From Macrostomum lignano (lineage: Eukaryota): 64,000 nucleotides of DNA. A model generated the notes under the pieces. It worked only from the letters and a program-made list of their open reading frames with translations, had not been told where the DNA came from and ran no database searches. The position numbers and the translations under genes were made by a program. Shown here one piece after another: positions 37,121 to 50,169 of the stretch. Positions within the stretch are counted from its first letter, which is position 1. Each line of letters opens with the position of its first letter. Location of the stretch: positions 227,094 through 291,093 of the forward strand of contig NIVC01001426.1 in NCBI GenBank assembly GCA_002269645.1, in the 5' to 3' direction.

Positions 37121-40100
37121 ATGGAGAAACTCGTTCTGCTTCTGTTTACTTTGTTAAATATTTCTTTCGTCTGTCTGGACGGTGAGTTTATCATTTTTTA
37201 CAGCTAGCTATCTAGTCGTTGCATCGCTTTTGACGATCTAAATGAGAATTAACTGTCAAACCAAACGAGGTTCCCCCTTATACGCTCCCCCCACGAGCGG
37301 TGTTAATAAGAACATGGCCATAGACTATGATTGAAGACTCAGAATGCGACTCAGCCTATCAATACGAAACTATGGACATAGACAGGCGTAGTCTATGGCC
37401 AAAGTCTCTGTCATGCCCATTCGCGGCTTACCACTGATATACGAGCTATCATCAAGGAACACTAAAAGAAAAAGGACGGGACACTTCGTTTCTTGGAAAA
37501 TTTATTAAAAGGCTGATTTTCACGGAAAAATGCACTAGCGAGATAGGAACTTTTCACTTTTTTCACTTTTAAATGGTGATAGCTGTTTATTAGAAGCAGA
37601 TACAAAGCTCTTCTTTTGATATAACTTACAAAACATGTTGCTTCGACGGATTTTATCAAGATTTTTTCATGAATAATTGATCTTCATATTATTTTAGACT
37701 TTTATAGTTACTAGCTAGCTATATCATGCAGCAATTATAGTCTAAAGCTAACTAGTGACTAACTTGAATTTTACAATATCTGTTTAATCGAATGCATCTA
37801 TTTATTAGCAATATATCATTAAAAAACTGTTGGCTATAATTATATGCCCAGGTCTAGGCATAGCTAGTAGTATATCTAAGGTAGCTACATATTTAAATAC
37901 ACTTATTTTATATAAAAAGTATAAAACTATAATGAATAAGCAGTGAATTGGGCATATAATTATAGCCAACAGTTTTTTAATGATATATTGCTAATAAATA
38001 GATGCATTCGATTAAACAGATATTGTAAAATTCAAGTTAGTCACTAGTTAGCTTTAGACTATATTGCTGCATGATATAGCTAGTAACTAAAATAATATGA
38101 AGATCAATTATTCATGAAAAAAATCTTTATTAAATCCGTCGAAGCAACATGTTTTGTAAGTTATATCAAAAGAAGAGCTTTGTATCTGCTTCTAATAAAA
38201 AGCTATCACCATTTTAAAGTGGAAAAAGTGAAAAGTTCCTATCTCGCTAGTGCATTTTTCCGTGAAAATCAGCCTTTAATAAATTTTCCAAGAAACGAAG
38301 TGTCCCGTCCATCTTCTTCTAGTGGTCCTTGGCTATCATATGTACAGTCTCCCTTGACTTTCTGATTGTCAGTCCTTACGACTCGAAAGTCGGGGGTTCG
38401 ATTCTCAATCTCACTGGGAACAACTTGTGTCCTTGAGCAAGACGCTTAAATCTGCATTGTTTCAGTTCAACCAGCTATAAAATGGGTGCCAGCATTAGCT
38501 GGGGTAATTGAGACTGTGTGTGGCGACCCTTCCTCCCCAGTCCTTGGACTGAACAGCCGTACGCAGCCTTCAGATCCGCCGTGCAATGGCTGCGGCTGAG
38601 CTGTCGGCTCTGCAAGACTTTAGTCTAGAAGGTCATAAATTCTATAACGACACAACTCGTCCCAACGCTCAGCTCGAACCGTCCTGATGCCGAAGTTTCT
38701 ACCGGCAAAAATTTCGTCCCAGCTAACTTCGGTGCAGTCTGCCGAGCTGGCCTACAATGGCAACACTGATGGGCATTATGTGAACGCCGCTCAGTGCGTG
38801 TGCAACTCTGGCAGCGACACGGTGCCCTGGTGGATGCTGGACCTGCTGCAGTCCTACCGAATCGCCGGGGTCAATGTCTGGAACCGACTGGATAGCGCGG
38901 ACGAGGTTCGGTTTACCCAGATTAGCCTTGGTGAGTGAGTTGAGCTGCTTTCGTTGTCTTAATTTCTTTCTAGGAAAGTTTCTCTTAAACAGGACTGATA
39001 ATGGCATTGTTTCCATCATCACAGTACTATTTTTTAAGTTACAGTTTCTAAGGATTACAGTCTTCAGGTCCTCATTTCTCAGGATTGCAGTTCTCAGGAT
39101 TACTGTTCTCAGGATTACGGTTCTCAGGATTGCAGTCCTGAGGTCCTAAGTTCTCGGGATTTTACAGTTCTTGGGATTTTACAGTTCTCAGGATTACAGT
39201 TCTCAGTATTTTACAGTTCTCACTGTAGCTTGGACAAAAATTACAGATATCGACAAGATGACTCATTCCTAGGTAGGAAAATTCTGCTATCTTAATCCAT
39301 GCTCCATAAAATTTGCAACCAGCTTTAGCTCACCGAAATTCTCCTGCCACTCGCAGGCATATCATCGGACGCGGCCGCTTGGTCCAGCTTCAGCGAGAAC
39401 CTATTCAAACGTTGTTTCTACTTTACTGGAGCGCCCACCGATGCTACAAATCCTATCAGCCTGACCTGCTCGTCCCCTGTCGTTGGTCGCTACCTGGCTC
39501 TGTACAAGAATCGAACTGGTCTGACCGCCAGCACTCAGGTCTACTTCAATTTCTGCGAGGTTGACGTCTACGTGGGAAGTAGGATATTCGAAAAGAATCG
39601 AATTTAAAATTTAAGATCGGGAATTAACCTGTTGAGCGGCAGTCACTGTTGAGAGAGTGGCTGAATCAAGTGATGAAGTATGTATTTCATACTGTCCCAT
39701 GACTGAGCGTGCGTTTTTGGTCCAAAAAGCGTGCATTAATCTTACAGTCTATGGCCCAACCCTTATGCGGCGTAGCCAAAAAAGCGTGCAGAAAACGAAA
39801 AAAGCGTGCAGAAAACGAAAAAAGCGTGCAGATAATGAAAAAGCGTGCAGATAATGAAAAAAGCGTGCAGATAATGAAAAAGCGTGCAGAAAACGAAAAA
39901 AGCGTGCAGATAATGAAAAAGCGTGCAGATAATGAAAAAAGCGTGCAGATAATGAAAAAGCGTGCAGATAATGAAAAAAGCGTGCAGATAATGAAAAAGC
40001 GTGCAGATAATGAAAAAGCGCGCAGATAATAGCGTACAGCGCCACAAAAAACAGCAGTTTGCAAGCAACGTTTATTAAAACAAAGGGGAAAAACACAGCA

Positions 40101-41745
40101 GAATTTAACACCAAAATTTCGCGACGTATTGAGCCTCATGCTTCTTAGACGATTTGACATCGGTCTCTTGCTCCAGCGCCCAGATTGATGCGTCAAGGTC
40201 GATCCAGGCCAAGTCGTCGTTTAAATCAGGGATGGAGTCGAATAGGCGGTTCAGCTCCTCGTTGTCGTCCACACTAGTTGCTTGGAGACGTAACTGCTCG
40301 TCCACAAGCTTCTCAACGTCGGCCCACTCCAAATGGTGGGAGATCTCACCGGCCGTCATGCCGCTTCTCATGCCGTTAGGAAATAATGAATCCATATGGG
40401 GCCAAACTCACGATCAGAAGCTTGTGCATAGCAAGAAATTGTCTATGGTCAGTAAGAAAATGTCTATGGTAGGAACTCCTAGCTGCAGGAACAAAAAGCG
40501 TGCAGATAATAAAGTACAGTGCTGTGACGAAGAATTTTTTCAACGCACGCTCAGTCATGGGACAATATGCCTCCATATGCCTTACATTATATTTTTCATG
40601 AAATGCTACAGGAGCTTATAGTCTATGGCTAATGCGCCCGTAATGAAGCTGCTGTTTTCAGATGATGAACTTTGTTTTATTATTAACTGCACATGCCCAA
40701 TTTGATTGTCTATGGCCAATGTCTTGGTTCTTCTATAAGGGAGAGAAATGGTATATATTCCCAATTTATACCAGTGCTAAAGCTATACAAACATTTATTG
40801 CCATAGACTGAGTTTCAACTATAGCATTTTGCAGTCAAGTTTGAACTGCGGGCATTCAAATTAGACGCTTGACCAGATCTCACTGCTGGCACAAATGCTA
40901 TCTATGGCCTAGACAAAATCACACTGGTGGGCACTCAATTTAGACAAGGGGCATTCAAATTAGACAAGTTCTCAGGCGCATTGGCTGGGCAATTCAAGAT
41001 CGTGTTGCGTCTGTTGTACACTGATGATCTCTTGACATCCAACATGTTGGCAATTTCAGCCACAGAGTCACCACGTTGGCATGCCCCAATAATGAGGTCA
41101 CGCTTCTCTCTGGAAATTCTTGCATAGCGACGAATCGGATTGTCCATGGTCTTTCTCTCTGGCACACATAGACTTTCCGCTGCTTGTCTAATTTGAATGC
41201 CCGTTGTCTAAATTGAGTGCCCGTCAGTGTGTTTCAGTTTGTGCCACAGACATAAAGTTCTGCTTGACTTGGGGACGGATTCTGAAATTTGGCTCTTCCC
41301 TTCTTGTCTAATTTGAATGCCCGCAGTTCAAACTTGACTGCAAAATGCTATAAATGAAATAAACAATTAAACCAAAGCCTGCTGCACCAGTGCAACTGGG
41401 GGATACACTAATGTTGCCATTCTTTAATAATGTGTTTTTGCTCAGCTGTCAATTCTAATAAATGAAATAATCATTTTTTTAGCCGTCCCGGACAACGAAG
41501 TCGTTGCCAATGCAATCCAACCAAGCTATTCGATGACATCGACCAGCCTTATTGCTGCTCTGACTCAAATGAGGTCGGATATTGAATGCCTGCTGCGCTG
41601 CTCGCAGATGACCAACTGCCTGTTCGTCCTGTTCAGGACTGCCACACTCGAATGCTGGCTGTTTCAGTCAACGGTCATTCCGAGCAGCTTTGCTGCTGTG
41701 GCCGGCAATGCTGATGCCATGCTTTTGGCTCTGTACACCTACTAA
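37121..41745 (+). CDS. Secreted F-type lectin (FTP/discoidin-like) domain + PAN/Apple-like domain protein, paralog A, about 267 aa
   Basis: Exons 37121-37181 (signal peptide MEKLVLLLFTLLNISFVCLD), 38673-38930, 39357-39578, 41483-41745; all phase 1, total 804 nt. FTP motifs AYNGN, PWWMLDL, VNVWNRLD, C...GRY, FCEVDV; then RSDIECLLRCSQMTNC...ECWL. The exon 3 donor (GTAGGA) is weak. Confidence 0.8.
37453..38331. mobile_element. Fold-back MITE, hAT-like, in intron 1 of lectin A
   Basis: About 400-bp inverted arms with a ~100-bp spacer, termini CAAGG...CCTTG, exact 8-bp TSD GCTATCAT (37445-37452 and 38332-38339). Confidence 0.9.
38366..38612 (+). mobile_element. SINE copy in intron 1 of lectin A
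   Basis: Same family as 33730-33990. Confidence 0.8.
39040..39225. repeat. ~15-bp degenerate repeat (TTCTCAGGATTACAG) in intron 2 of lectin A
   Basis: Read directly. Confidence 0.8.
39690..40567. mobile_element. Non-autonomous TIR element with an internal ~21-bp array and a GC-rich coding-like insert
   Basis: 23-bp TIR TGTCCCATGACTGAGCGTGCGTT / AACGCACGCTCAGTCATGGGACA, TA just outside each end; array AAAAAAGCGTGCAGATAATG at 39780-40030. Confidence 0.75.
40820..41352 (-). mobile_element. Internally deleted Tc1/mariner-like element with IR/DR ends
   Basis: ~47-bp perfect TIR with TATA flanks; a second inner inverted pair (about 40923-40968 and 41184-41228); ORF 40935-41165 has a transposase-like HTH (ISREKRDLIIGACQRGDSVAEIANMLDVKRSSVYN). 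Confidence 0.8.
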
Positions 41746-41844
41746 GAAGCCTGCCAGTCTTGGCTATAAGTGTGAGACGAGAAGATTTGCATCGGAGGAC
41801 TAACAAAATTTATAATAATGGAGTTCAAATAACAATCAGATAAT

Positions 41845-42480
41845 CTGTTGCTAATTTGTTGCTAATCTGTTGCTAATGTGTTGCTAATGTGTTGCTAATC
41901 TGTTGCTAATCTGTTGCTAATCTGTTGCTAATCTGTTGCTAATCTGTTGCTAATTTGTTGCTAATCTGTTGCTAATCTGTTGCTAATCTGTTGCTTATCT
42001 GTTGCTAATGTGTTGCTAATGTGTTGCTTATCTGTTGCTAATGTGTTGCTAATGTGTTGCTAATCTGTTGCTAATCTGTTGCTAATCTGTTGCTAATCTG
42101 TTGCTTATCTGTTGCTAATGTGTTGCTAATGTGTTGCTAATCTGTTGCTTATCTGTTGCTAATCTGTTGCTAATCTGTTGCTAATCTGTTGCTAATGTGT
42201 TGCTAATGTGTTGCTAATCTGTTGCTTATCTGTTGCTAATGTTTTGCTAATCTGTTTGCTTTTTTGGTAATGTGTTGCTAATCTGTTGCTTATCTGTTGC
42301 TAACCTGTTGCTAATGTGTTGCTAATGTGTTGCTAATCTGTTGCTAATCTTTTGGTAATGTGTTGCTAATCTGTTGCTAATGTGTTGCTAATCTTTTGAT
42401 AATGTCTTGCTAATGTGTTGCTAATGTGTTGCTAGTCTGTTGCTAATCTGTTGCTAATTTGTTGGTAATCTGTGGCTAAT
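41845..42480. repeat. 11-bp minisatellite (CTGTTGCTAAT)
   Basis: Read directly. Confidence 0.95.
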
Positions 42481-42636
42481 GTGTCGCTATAAAATGCTAT
42501 CTTAATGCTAGAAAATGTTACTATCTCTCTCTATATATACTATTTTTCAAATTTTAAATAACCACTAAGTAATTACCGCACAATATCTGTAAAACGCGTA
42601 TTTACGAGCTACATGTACTTATTGGGAGGGGGGGGG

Positions 42637-43343
42637 CAGGGGCGTCGCCACCGAGGGTAGGGGACAGGGGGGATATGTCCGACCCTAGAAAAAACTATGG
42701 GGGAACATGCCGATGCTTTGTGTCCCCCCCAACCTTGTGAGCCGTTGTGGAAATCAATAATTTTGCTTGAGGGCTTGTCTGCGGCGCAAAAATGAGTGTC
42801 TGCGGCGCTAAAATGAGTGTCTGCGGCGCTAAAATGAGTGCCTGTGGCGCCAAAATGAGTGCCTGCGGCGCTAAAATGAGTGTCTGCGGCGCTAAAATGA
42901 GTGTCTGCGGCGCTAAAATGAGTGTCTGCGGCGCTAAAATGAGTGTCTGCGGCGCCAAAATGAGTGCCTGTGGCGCCAAAATGAGTGCCTGCGGCGCTAA
43001 AATGAGTGTCTGCGGCGCTAAAATGAGTGTCTGCGGCGCTAAAATGAGTGCCTGCGGCACCAAAATGAGTGTCTGCGGCGCCAAAATGAGTGCCTGTGGC
43101 GCCAAAATGAGTGCCTGCGGCGCTAAAATGAGTGTCTGCGGCGCTAAAATGAGTGTCTGCGGCGCTAAAATGAGTGCCTGCGGCACCAAAATGAGTGCCT
43201 GCGGCGCTAAAATGAGTGCCTGTGGCGCTAAATTGAGTGCCTGCGGTGCCAAAATGACGCTGACAAGACCGATTTTTTAAATAGTGTACATGCAGGATTT
43301 TCGGCATTGTCCCCCCACCATCAAATCCATGGCGACACCCCTG
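42637..43343. mobile_element. Small TIR element with an internal 21-bp array (GTCTGCGGCGCTAAAATGAGT)
   Basis: Termini CAGGGGCGTCGCCA / TGGCGACACCCCTG; array 42775-43255. No TSD recognised. Confidence 0.65.
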
Positions 43344-43544
43344 GATCTTAAGTGCAAGAGATAAACGAGTTGATGAATATTTTGCATCTGTTGGACGGTG
43401 AATTCGAGCTCGATAATTTTTCATACTTTTTGTAGCAAGTCTACTCTGATGATAATGAGTTGTATCTATCTATCTAGGTATTTTTCTATCAATGATATTG
43501 AATTCGAAAAAATCGATTTCTATATTTCTCCTTTGTGTCATAAG

Positions 43545-44250
43545 TGCGCACTTGTTTCACATCTGTTGTCTATTAGTGAGTGCTTGTGTCACATCTGTTG
43601 TTTATTAGTGAGCGCTTGTGTGTCACATCTGTTGTCTATTAGTGAGGGCTTGTGTGTCACACCTGTTGTCTATTAGTGAGTGCTTGTGTGTCACACCTGT
43701 TGTCTATTAGTGAGGGCTTGTGTGTCACACCTGTTGTCTATTAGTGAGTGCTTGTGTGTCACACCTGTTGTCTATTAGTGAGGCTTGTGTGTCACACCTG
43801 TTGTCTATTAGTGAGTGCTTGTGTGTCACATCTGTTGTCTATTAGTGAGTGCTTGTGTGTCACATCTGTTGTCTATTAGTGAGTGCTTGTGTGTCACATC
43901 TGTTGTCTATTAGTGAGTGCTTGTGTGTCACATCTGTTGTCTATTAGTGAGTGCTTGTGTGTCACATCTGTTGTCTATTAGTGAGTGCTTGTGTGTCACA
44001 CCTGTTGTCTATTAGTGAGGCTTGTGTGTCACACCTGTTGTCTATTAGTGAGTGCTTGTGTGTCACACCTGTTGTCTATTAGTGAGTGCTTGTGTGTCAC
44101 ACCTGTTGTCTATTAGTGAGTGCTTGTGTGTCACACCTGTTGTCTATTAGTGAGTGCTTGTGTGTCACATCTGTTGTCTATTAGTGAGTGCTTGTGTGTC
44201 ACATCTGTTGTCTATTAGTGAGGGCTTGTATCACACAAGTTGTCTATTAA
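43545..44250. repeat. 34-bp minisatellite (GTGAGTGCTTGTGTGTCACACCTGTTGTCTATTA)
   Basis: Period 34 read directly. Confidence 0.95.
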
Positions 44251-44759
44251 TAATTAATAAACGCTTCTTAAAGATAGCCTTTGAAAACCATGGACAAACG
44301 TAAAAATACACTGAGACACCAAAACAGCTATATTTATCAAGCTAGTAGCCAAAATTTCTATCAACTTCTAAACTGTAAAATTTCTGATTTGTCAGTATTT
44401 TTCTACTCCAACTTGTTTCAGCCGGTTTCTACTTGTGTAAAGGAGAGTCAAGTGCCAGGGTGGGTGCGTAGAAACGCCAAATGAATTATTTATGAACTAT
44501 TGTTCAACAAAGTGCCTAACGCAAGGCTCTTGTCTCGGGGGGGGACAAAGCAATTGTGGGAAACAAATGGCTTTGGCGAAACTTAAAGCAGACTAAAGAC
44601 CACCTTTTAAGAAAAGGAAGTGCCTCTGCAAGATGGAAACTATTGTCCGGGCGGTGACAGTCTCTGGGACACCAGTAGACGTAGTCATGGGGAGGGACAC
44701 CTCCCTGTTTGTCGGAGTCTCGATTGAGGCACAGTTCCGTGTGGATGGCGCCGTGTGGA

Positions 44760-44760
44760 G

Positions 44761-44792
<32 letters not shown>

Positions 44793-44825
44793 GAGAGAGA
44801 GAGGACAGAGAGAGAGAGGAGATAG

Positions 44826-44912
<87 letters not shown>

Positions 44913-44934
44913 GAGAGAGAGAGAGGAGAGAGAG

Positions 44935-44989
<55 letters not shown>

Positions 44990-45110
44990 GGGAGAGAGAG
45001 AGGAGAGAGAGAGGAGAGAGAGGAGAGAGAGAGGAGAGAGAGAGAGGGGAGAGAGAGAGGAGAGAGAGAGGAGAGAGAGAGGAGAGAGAGAGGAGAGAGA
45101 GAGGAGAGAG

Positions 45111-45168
<58 letters not shown>

Positions 45169-45274
45169 GAGAGAGGAGAGAGAGAGAGAGGAGAGAGAGA
45201 GGAGAGAGAGAGGAGAGAGAGAGAGGAGAGAGAGAGAGGGGAGAGAGAGGAGAGAGAGAGGAGAGAGGAGAGAG

Positions 45275-45308
<34 letters not shown>

Positions 45309-45322
45309 GAGAGAGAGAGGAG

Positions 45323-45412
<90 letters not shown>

Positions 45413-45471
45413 GAGAGAGGAGAGAGAGAGAGGAGAGAGAGAGAGGAGAGAGAGAGAGGAGAGAGAGAGAG

Positions 45472-45515
<44 letters not shown>

Positions 45516-45563
45516 GAGAGAGAGAGAGAGGAGAGAGAGGAGAGAGAGAGAGGAGAGAGAGAG

Positions 45564-45632
<69 letters not shown>

Positions 45633-45778
45633 GAGAGAGAGAGAGGAGAGAGAGGAGAGAGAGAGAGGAGAGAGAGAGAGAGGAGAGAGAGAGAGGAGAG
45701 AGAGAGAGGGGAGAGAGAGAGGAGAGAGAGAGGAGAGAGAGGAGAGAGAGAGAGAGGAGAGAGAGAGGAGAGAGAGAG

Positions 45779-45810
<32 letters not shown>

Positions 45811-45850
45811 GAGAGAGAGGAGAGAGGGAGAGAGAGAGAGAGAGAGAGGA
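44760..45850. repeat. Interrupted (GA)n microsatellite, about 1.1 kb
   Basis: Read directly. Confidence 0.97.
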
Positions 45851-45899
45851 GGGCGCCTCCAATCTCAGGCACGGACGCGGTACATGTAAAAAGGACAAA

Positions 45900-47065
45900 C
45901 AAGTCAAGTTGATTTAAGTTGCCGATATTTCGAATTAGGTAAATTCTTCGTCAGGGCAAGTGAAAAGTAGCGACAAGTGGTGTTGTAAAAGTTATTAAAT
46001 AGGCGGGTTAGAGGGGAGAGAGAGTAGACAGGTAGATAGAGAGCGTACGGTATGTACACTTGGTGTGAGTCGATAAAACACTATTAGAGTTGAAAATGCA
46101 AAATAAAAAACAGTGCACAAATAAAGTGAACCGCACGTGGGCTGCAGCGATCCTACACACGAAATAAATAATGGAATGGTGCGACTGCACCGGTGTCTAA
46201 AAAGGGTGTCTAAAAAGAAAGAGTGACTCTAAGCACTTTACAAAATGGACCTCAATAAATAAAAAAGGTGAACAGGCCCTCAAAAACTAAAAAGAGCAAT
46301 TGTACGATAAGCAAAAGAGTAAAAGTAAAAAGTGTAATAAAAAAGAACAGGGTGTCAAGAAACAATAGAAATGTAGATGCAGAATAAATGCTGAGAATAT
46401 ACAAAAGCTGTGCTTGGGCTAGCGATGAGAATAAAAAAAATTCTAAGAAAGGAGCAATAAAAGGCTTGGTAGGTACCGGCACGGTCTGACAAAGGTAAGT
46501 AGTAGGGAAAGTGAAGTAAAAAATCAAAAGGAAAAAAAATAAAAAAAAATTCAATCAGTGGTGGACTCCAGTCGACTGGGACAGAGCAGCTGCCGGAGGT
46601 TCCGCCCTTTGGTGTTGGCGGGCAGCACCGGGGCCTCGCAGCACCGGGCCACGCGGTCCTTCACCGCGGCCACCAGGGCGTCCGACCTCGCACAATGGGG
46701 CAGGATCAGCGGGATGGCCGGGTTGTGCAGCGTGCCGGCAAGCTCGTTGACGCCGTGCGGGGTTCGAGTCTTTAACACCTCGATGAGCTTGGCCTCGTGG
46801 CGCTGCCGCCGCTCGTTCGCTCTGGGTCCCGTGCCGTCACGAGACCAGATGCCGGTGAAGGCGAAGTCCGCCAGACTGTGGCCATCACTGGTGAAATGGC
46901 GGGCCACCGGAGTGTCACGGGCGTGCCGGATGTCGCCGATGTGCGCCAGCATGCGGCCGCGGATGCTGTTGGCGGTCTCGCCTACGTAGACCGTGTGGTC
47001 GCACCGGCGGCAGAACACGGCATAGACGGCGTTGGTGGCGTTGCAGTCGATCCGCTGACTGATGA

Positions 47066-47066
<1 letters not shown>
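45900..47066 (-). mobile_element. Penelope-like element 3' portion (GIY-YIG C-terminus, 3' UTR, hammerhead)
   Basis: 46551-47066 translates as IDCNATNAVYAVFCRRCDHTVYVGETANSIRGRMLAH...PVARHF...EAKLIEVLKTRTPHGVNE, typical of the PLE GIY-YIG endonuclease; no RT seen in this copy. Confidence 0.88.
45919..45959 (-). ncRNA. Minimal type I hammerhead ribozyme
   Basis: TTGCC-CTGACGA-A-GAATT-tacct-AATTC-GAAA-TATC-GGCAA: stems I and II pair perfectly, core intact, AUC cleavage triplet, palindromic ATAT in place of stem III. Confidence 0.85.
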
Positions 47067-47676
<610 letters not shown>

Positions 47677-48649
47677 AGTTGTAGCTGCCCTCTCATTTCG
47701 GCAGCAACAGCAAATGTTACGCTTGTAGTCCCTGTAAGGCTGTAGTCTGTACGTCTCACTCTTTCTTTCATGGATCCGTCCCTTTGGTGGATGGGACATA
47801 TTTTGCGCACTGAATTTTTTATTTATTAAAACGCCAGCAAGCGCAATACTGAATTGCTGCATGGTGAAAATTTTCCACCTCCTTGAGAAGCAGAAGAACA
47901 AAGATGAAGCGTCACTGGTCCGTTTGTACGAGTACACGCTCCTATGACTAGTTGTCTCCATTAATTTGTTGCTCATCGTACAGCAGCGTCGTACAGTCTT
48001 GAGGCACAAGCAGGTGTACTTTTTGTAGAGTCGAACCAAGGACCACTAGTAGTATATCTACGTACCTGCATGCAGGACTTTTATTGCATGAATACGCCCG
48101 TACTATTGATTCAATAAGGAACAAAACAAAAATTTCAGCTAATGCAGTGCACTTGTGAGGTTATTTACAACTTTAGCCATATGAAATTAAAAGAGAATAA
48201 AATGAAAATGAAAAGTTCACTGCAGAACTATATAAAATACCACAGAGAAGTATGATGCGTATGCTAATTCAAAAGAATGGTTATCTTCGCTGTCCCAGAT
48301 CAAATGCAATCCACCAGTGGTGCAATGCTATCCACCAGACGAAGTTAATCTACAGAATTGGCGTTCCATGCGGTACTGCAGAGAAGCACGCACAGTCATG
48401 CATGGCAAAATCCAGTTGAGTGGGCGGAAGGCCACCATTGGCTTCTTAGCTCATTATAGTTTGACTCTCCCCGCTAATTCTCAACTCAATTCATGGTAAA
48501 TTTATTGCAAACAAAATGTAGAGGCAGTGTAACGAGTGCTTGCACGCAGAGTTGATAAAATATAAGAATTCATCGTGCTATAGTATAATTATTTTGCTAA
48601 TATTTTAAAAACTAAAGTCACATAAGACCTACTATGAGGCAATAAACGA

Positions 48650-48860
48650 GGAGTTGTAGACTAGTGGTTAGAGCGTCCGACTCGCGACTGAAAGGTCGGG
48701 GGCTCGATTCTCGACCCTCTCGGAACAATTTGTGTCCTTATTGAGCAAGACACTTAGCTCTGCATTGCTTCAGTTCACCCAGCTGTAAAATGGGTGCCAG
48801 GGGTAATTGAGGGTGTGTCGCGATTAACGGCCTTGAGGCCGAGCGCCAACCCCCAAGGCG
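48650..48860 (+). mobile_element. SINE copy upstream of lectin C exon 2
   Basis: tRNA-like head TAGTGGTTAGAGC...GGCTCGATTCTC and CORE-like centre. Confidence 0.8.
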
Positions 48861-49031
48861 CAGTGAAGTGTACATGCCCAACGATAAATAAGTTAGGGCC
48901 GCTGTACACTCCTGTGTGAGTGTGTGCCTGTGCGTATGACTGCGTATGTATCCTTGCACTTGTGTGCCTACTCAGGGGAGTCGGCGGAATGAGCATGCTT
49001 TATCATCAGCATAGCAATCCCTACATTCTAG

Positions 49032-49471
49032 GAAAAACCTATAGCCTTCAAAAAGGTCTACCATCGAAGATGTCCACAAGGTGGAACACATCCGGACCAG
49101 CTGCTCTGGCTTACGATGGCAACACCCACGGTAACTACATCAAAGGCGTGCAGTGCATCTGCACTGATGCGGCCGATCCGCTGCCCTGGTGGATGCTGGA
49201 CCTGCTGCAGAACTATCGGATTGATGGAGTGCGAGTCTGGAACAGGCTGGACAGCAGTTTTGAGACGCGATTCACGCAGATCAGCATAAGTAAATAAAGA
49301 CATTATTATCTGAAAATCTAATTGATTTATTAAAATACCCTTGACAATAAAAACTGATCGCACCTGCAGGCGTTTCATCGGTTGAGTCAGTGTGGACTGA
49401 CTTCAAATTGAGCAACTTCAGTCTGTGTGGATACAAGACCGGCGCTATCACAGATGCTGACAACCCGATTA
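49032..49471 (+). pseudogene. Truncated FTP-lectin paralog C (exon 2 and the first half of exon 3)
   Basis: Inverted near-copy of 60646-61085; exon 49032-49289, intron, exon 49370-49471, then unrelated sequence. No exon 1 or exon 4 found nearby. Confidence 0.85.
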
Positions 49472-50169
49472 GCGGACGAGCTGGCAGGAGATTCTCGAGC
49501 CTGAAAAAATTCGGAAAGGTCTGAGCAATAGGACAGGTAGTTGAGCCTGTCCTGAGTATTCACAGATGATCGAAGTGCTCCGCATTCTCAACACCGGAGA
49601 GGAAGAAAGGGCATTCCTCACGGAAAGCAATTTTCTCTGGGGGTAGATAGATGCCTGGCAAAACAGCCATACCCTCTCGGGGAATGGTCACTGCCCTGAT
49701 GTAGCTGCGGTTAAGTCCAAGCAGGGCGCAGACAACGGTGCAATTTTTCAATGCAAAATTGCAGTTTCAACGTCGTCATGCTAATAAATGCACCTCATAA
49801 TAATAAAATATGATGTGACGGTTGGTTAGTTTGTGAGCTGGGTAACTGTGTGGCGCTTGTTTGCTTAAATTAGCTTCGTCACGAAGAGCCCGTTCTATAA
49901 AGCCATCGTAAGATAAGATCGTTCTTAGCTCCCATCTCCGCAGTGTAAAAGTTCTGGCGTACGATCCAACTTACGCTACGACAGCTTTATAGTACGACCC
50001 GTTTGGTTGCATCTTGCGTTCAGCGTGTACTCAGAAAATCAATGCGTACTCTTTGCAGCTCAATGTGCATCATTGCGCTAGCCAAGCCTCGCTCCTTAAG
50101 TCTCGCACCATTTCGTACTCTCTCCACTTACTCAGCCAGTCCATCAGTGAAATTCAATATTTAAAATAT

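Noticed and set aside
42609-43424. Repetitive ORFs (also 1098-2064, 39687-40196, 59653-59948)
   Set aside because: Stop-free frames through minisatellites.
48650-48720. Possible tRNA genes
   Set aside because: Heads of a multi-copy SINE; no complete cloverleaf, and they continue into the SINE body.
49472-49780. Sequence at the lectin C breakpoint
   Set aside because: Looks like a degraded element fragment, but I could not assign any family.
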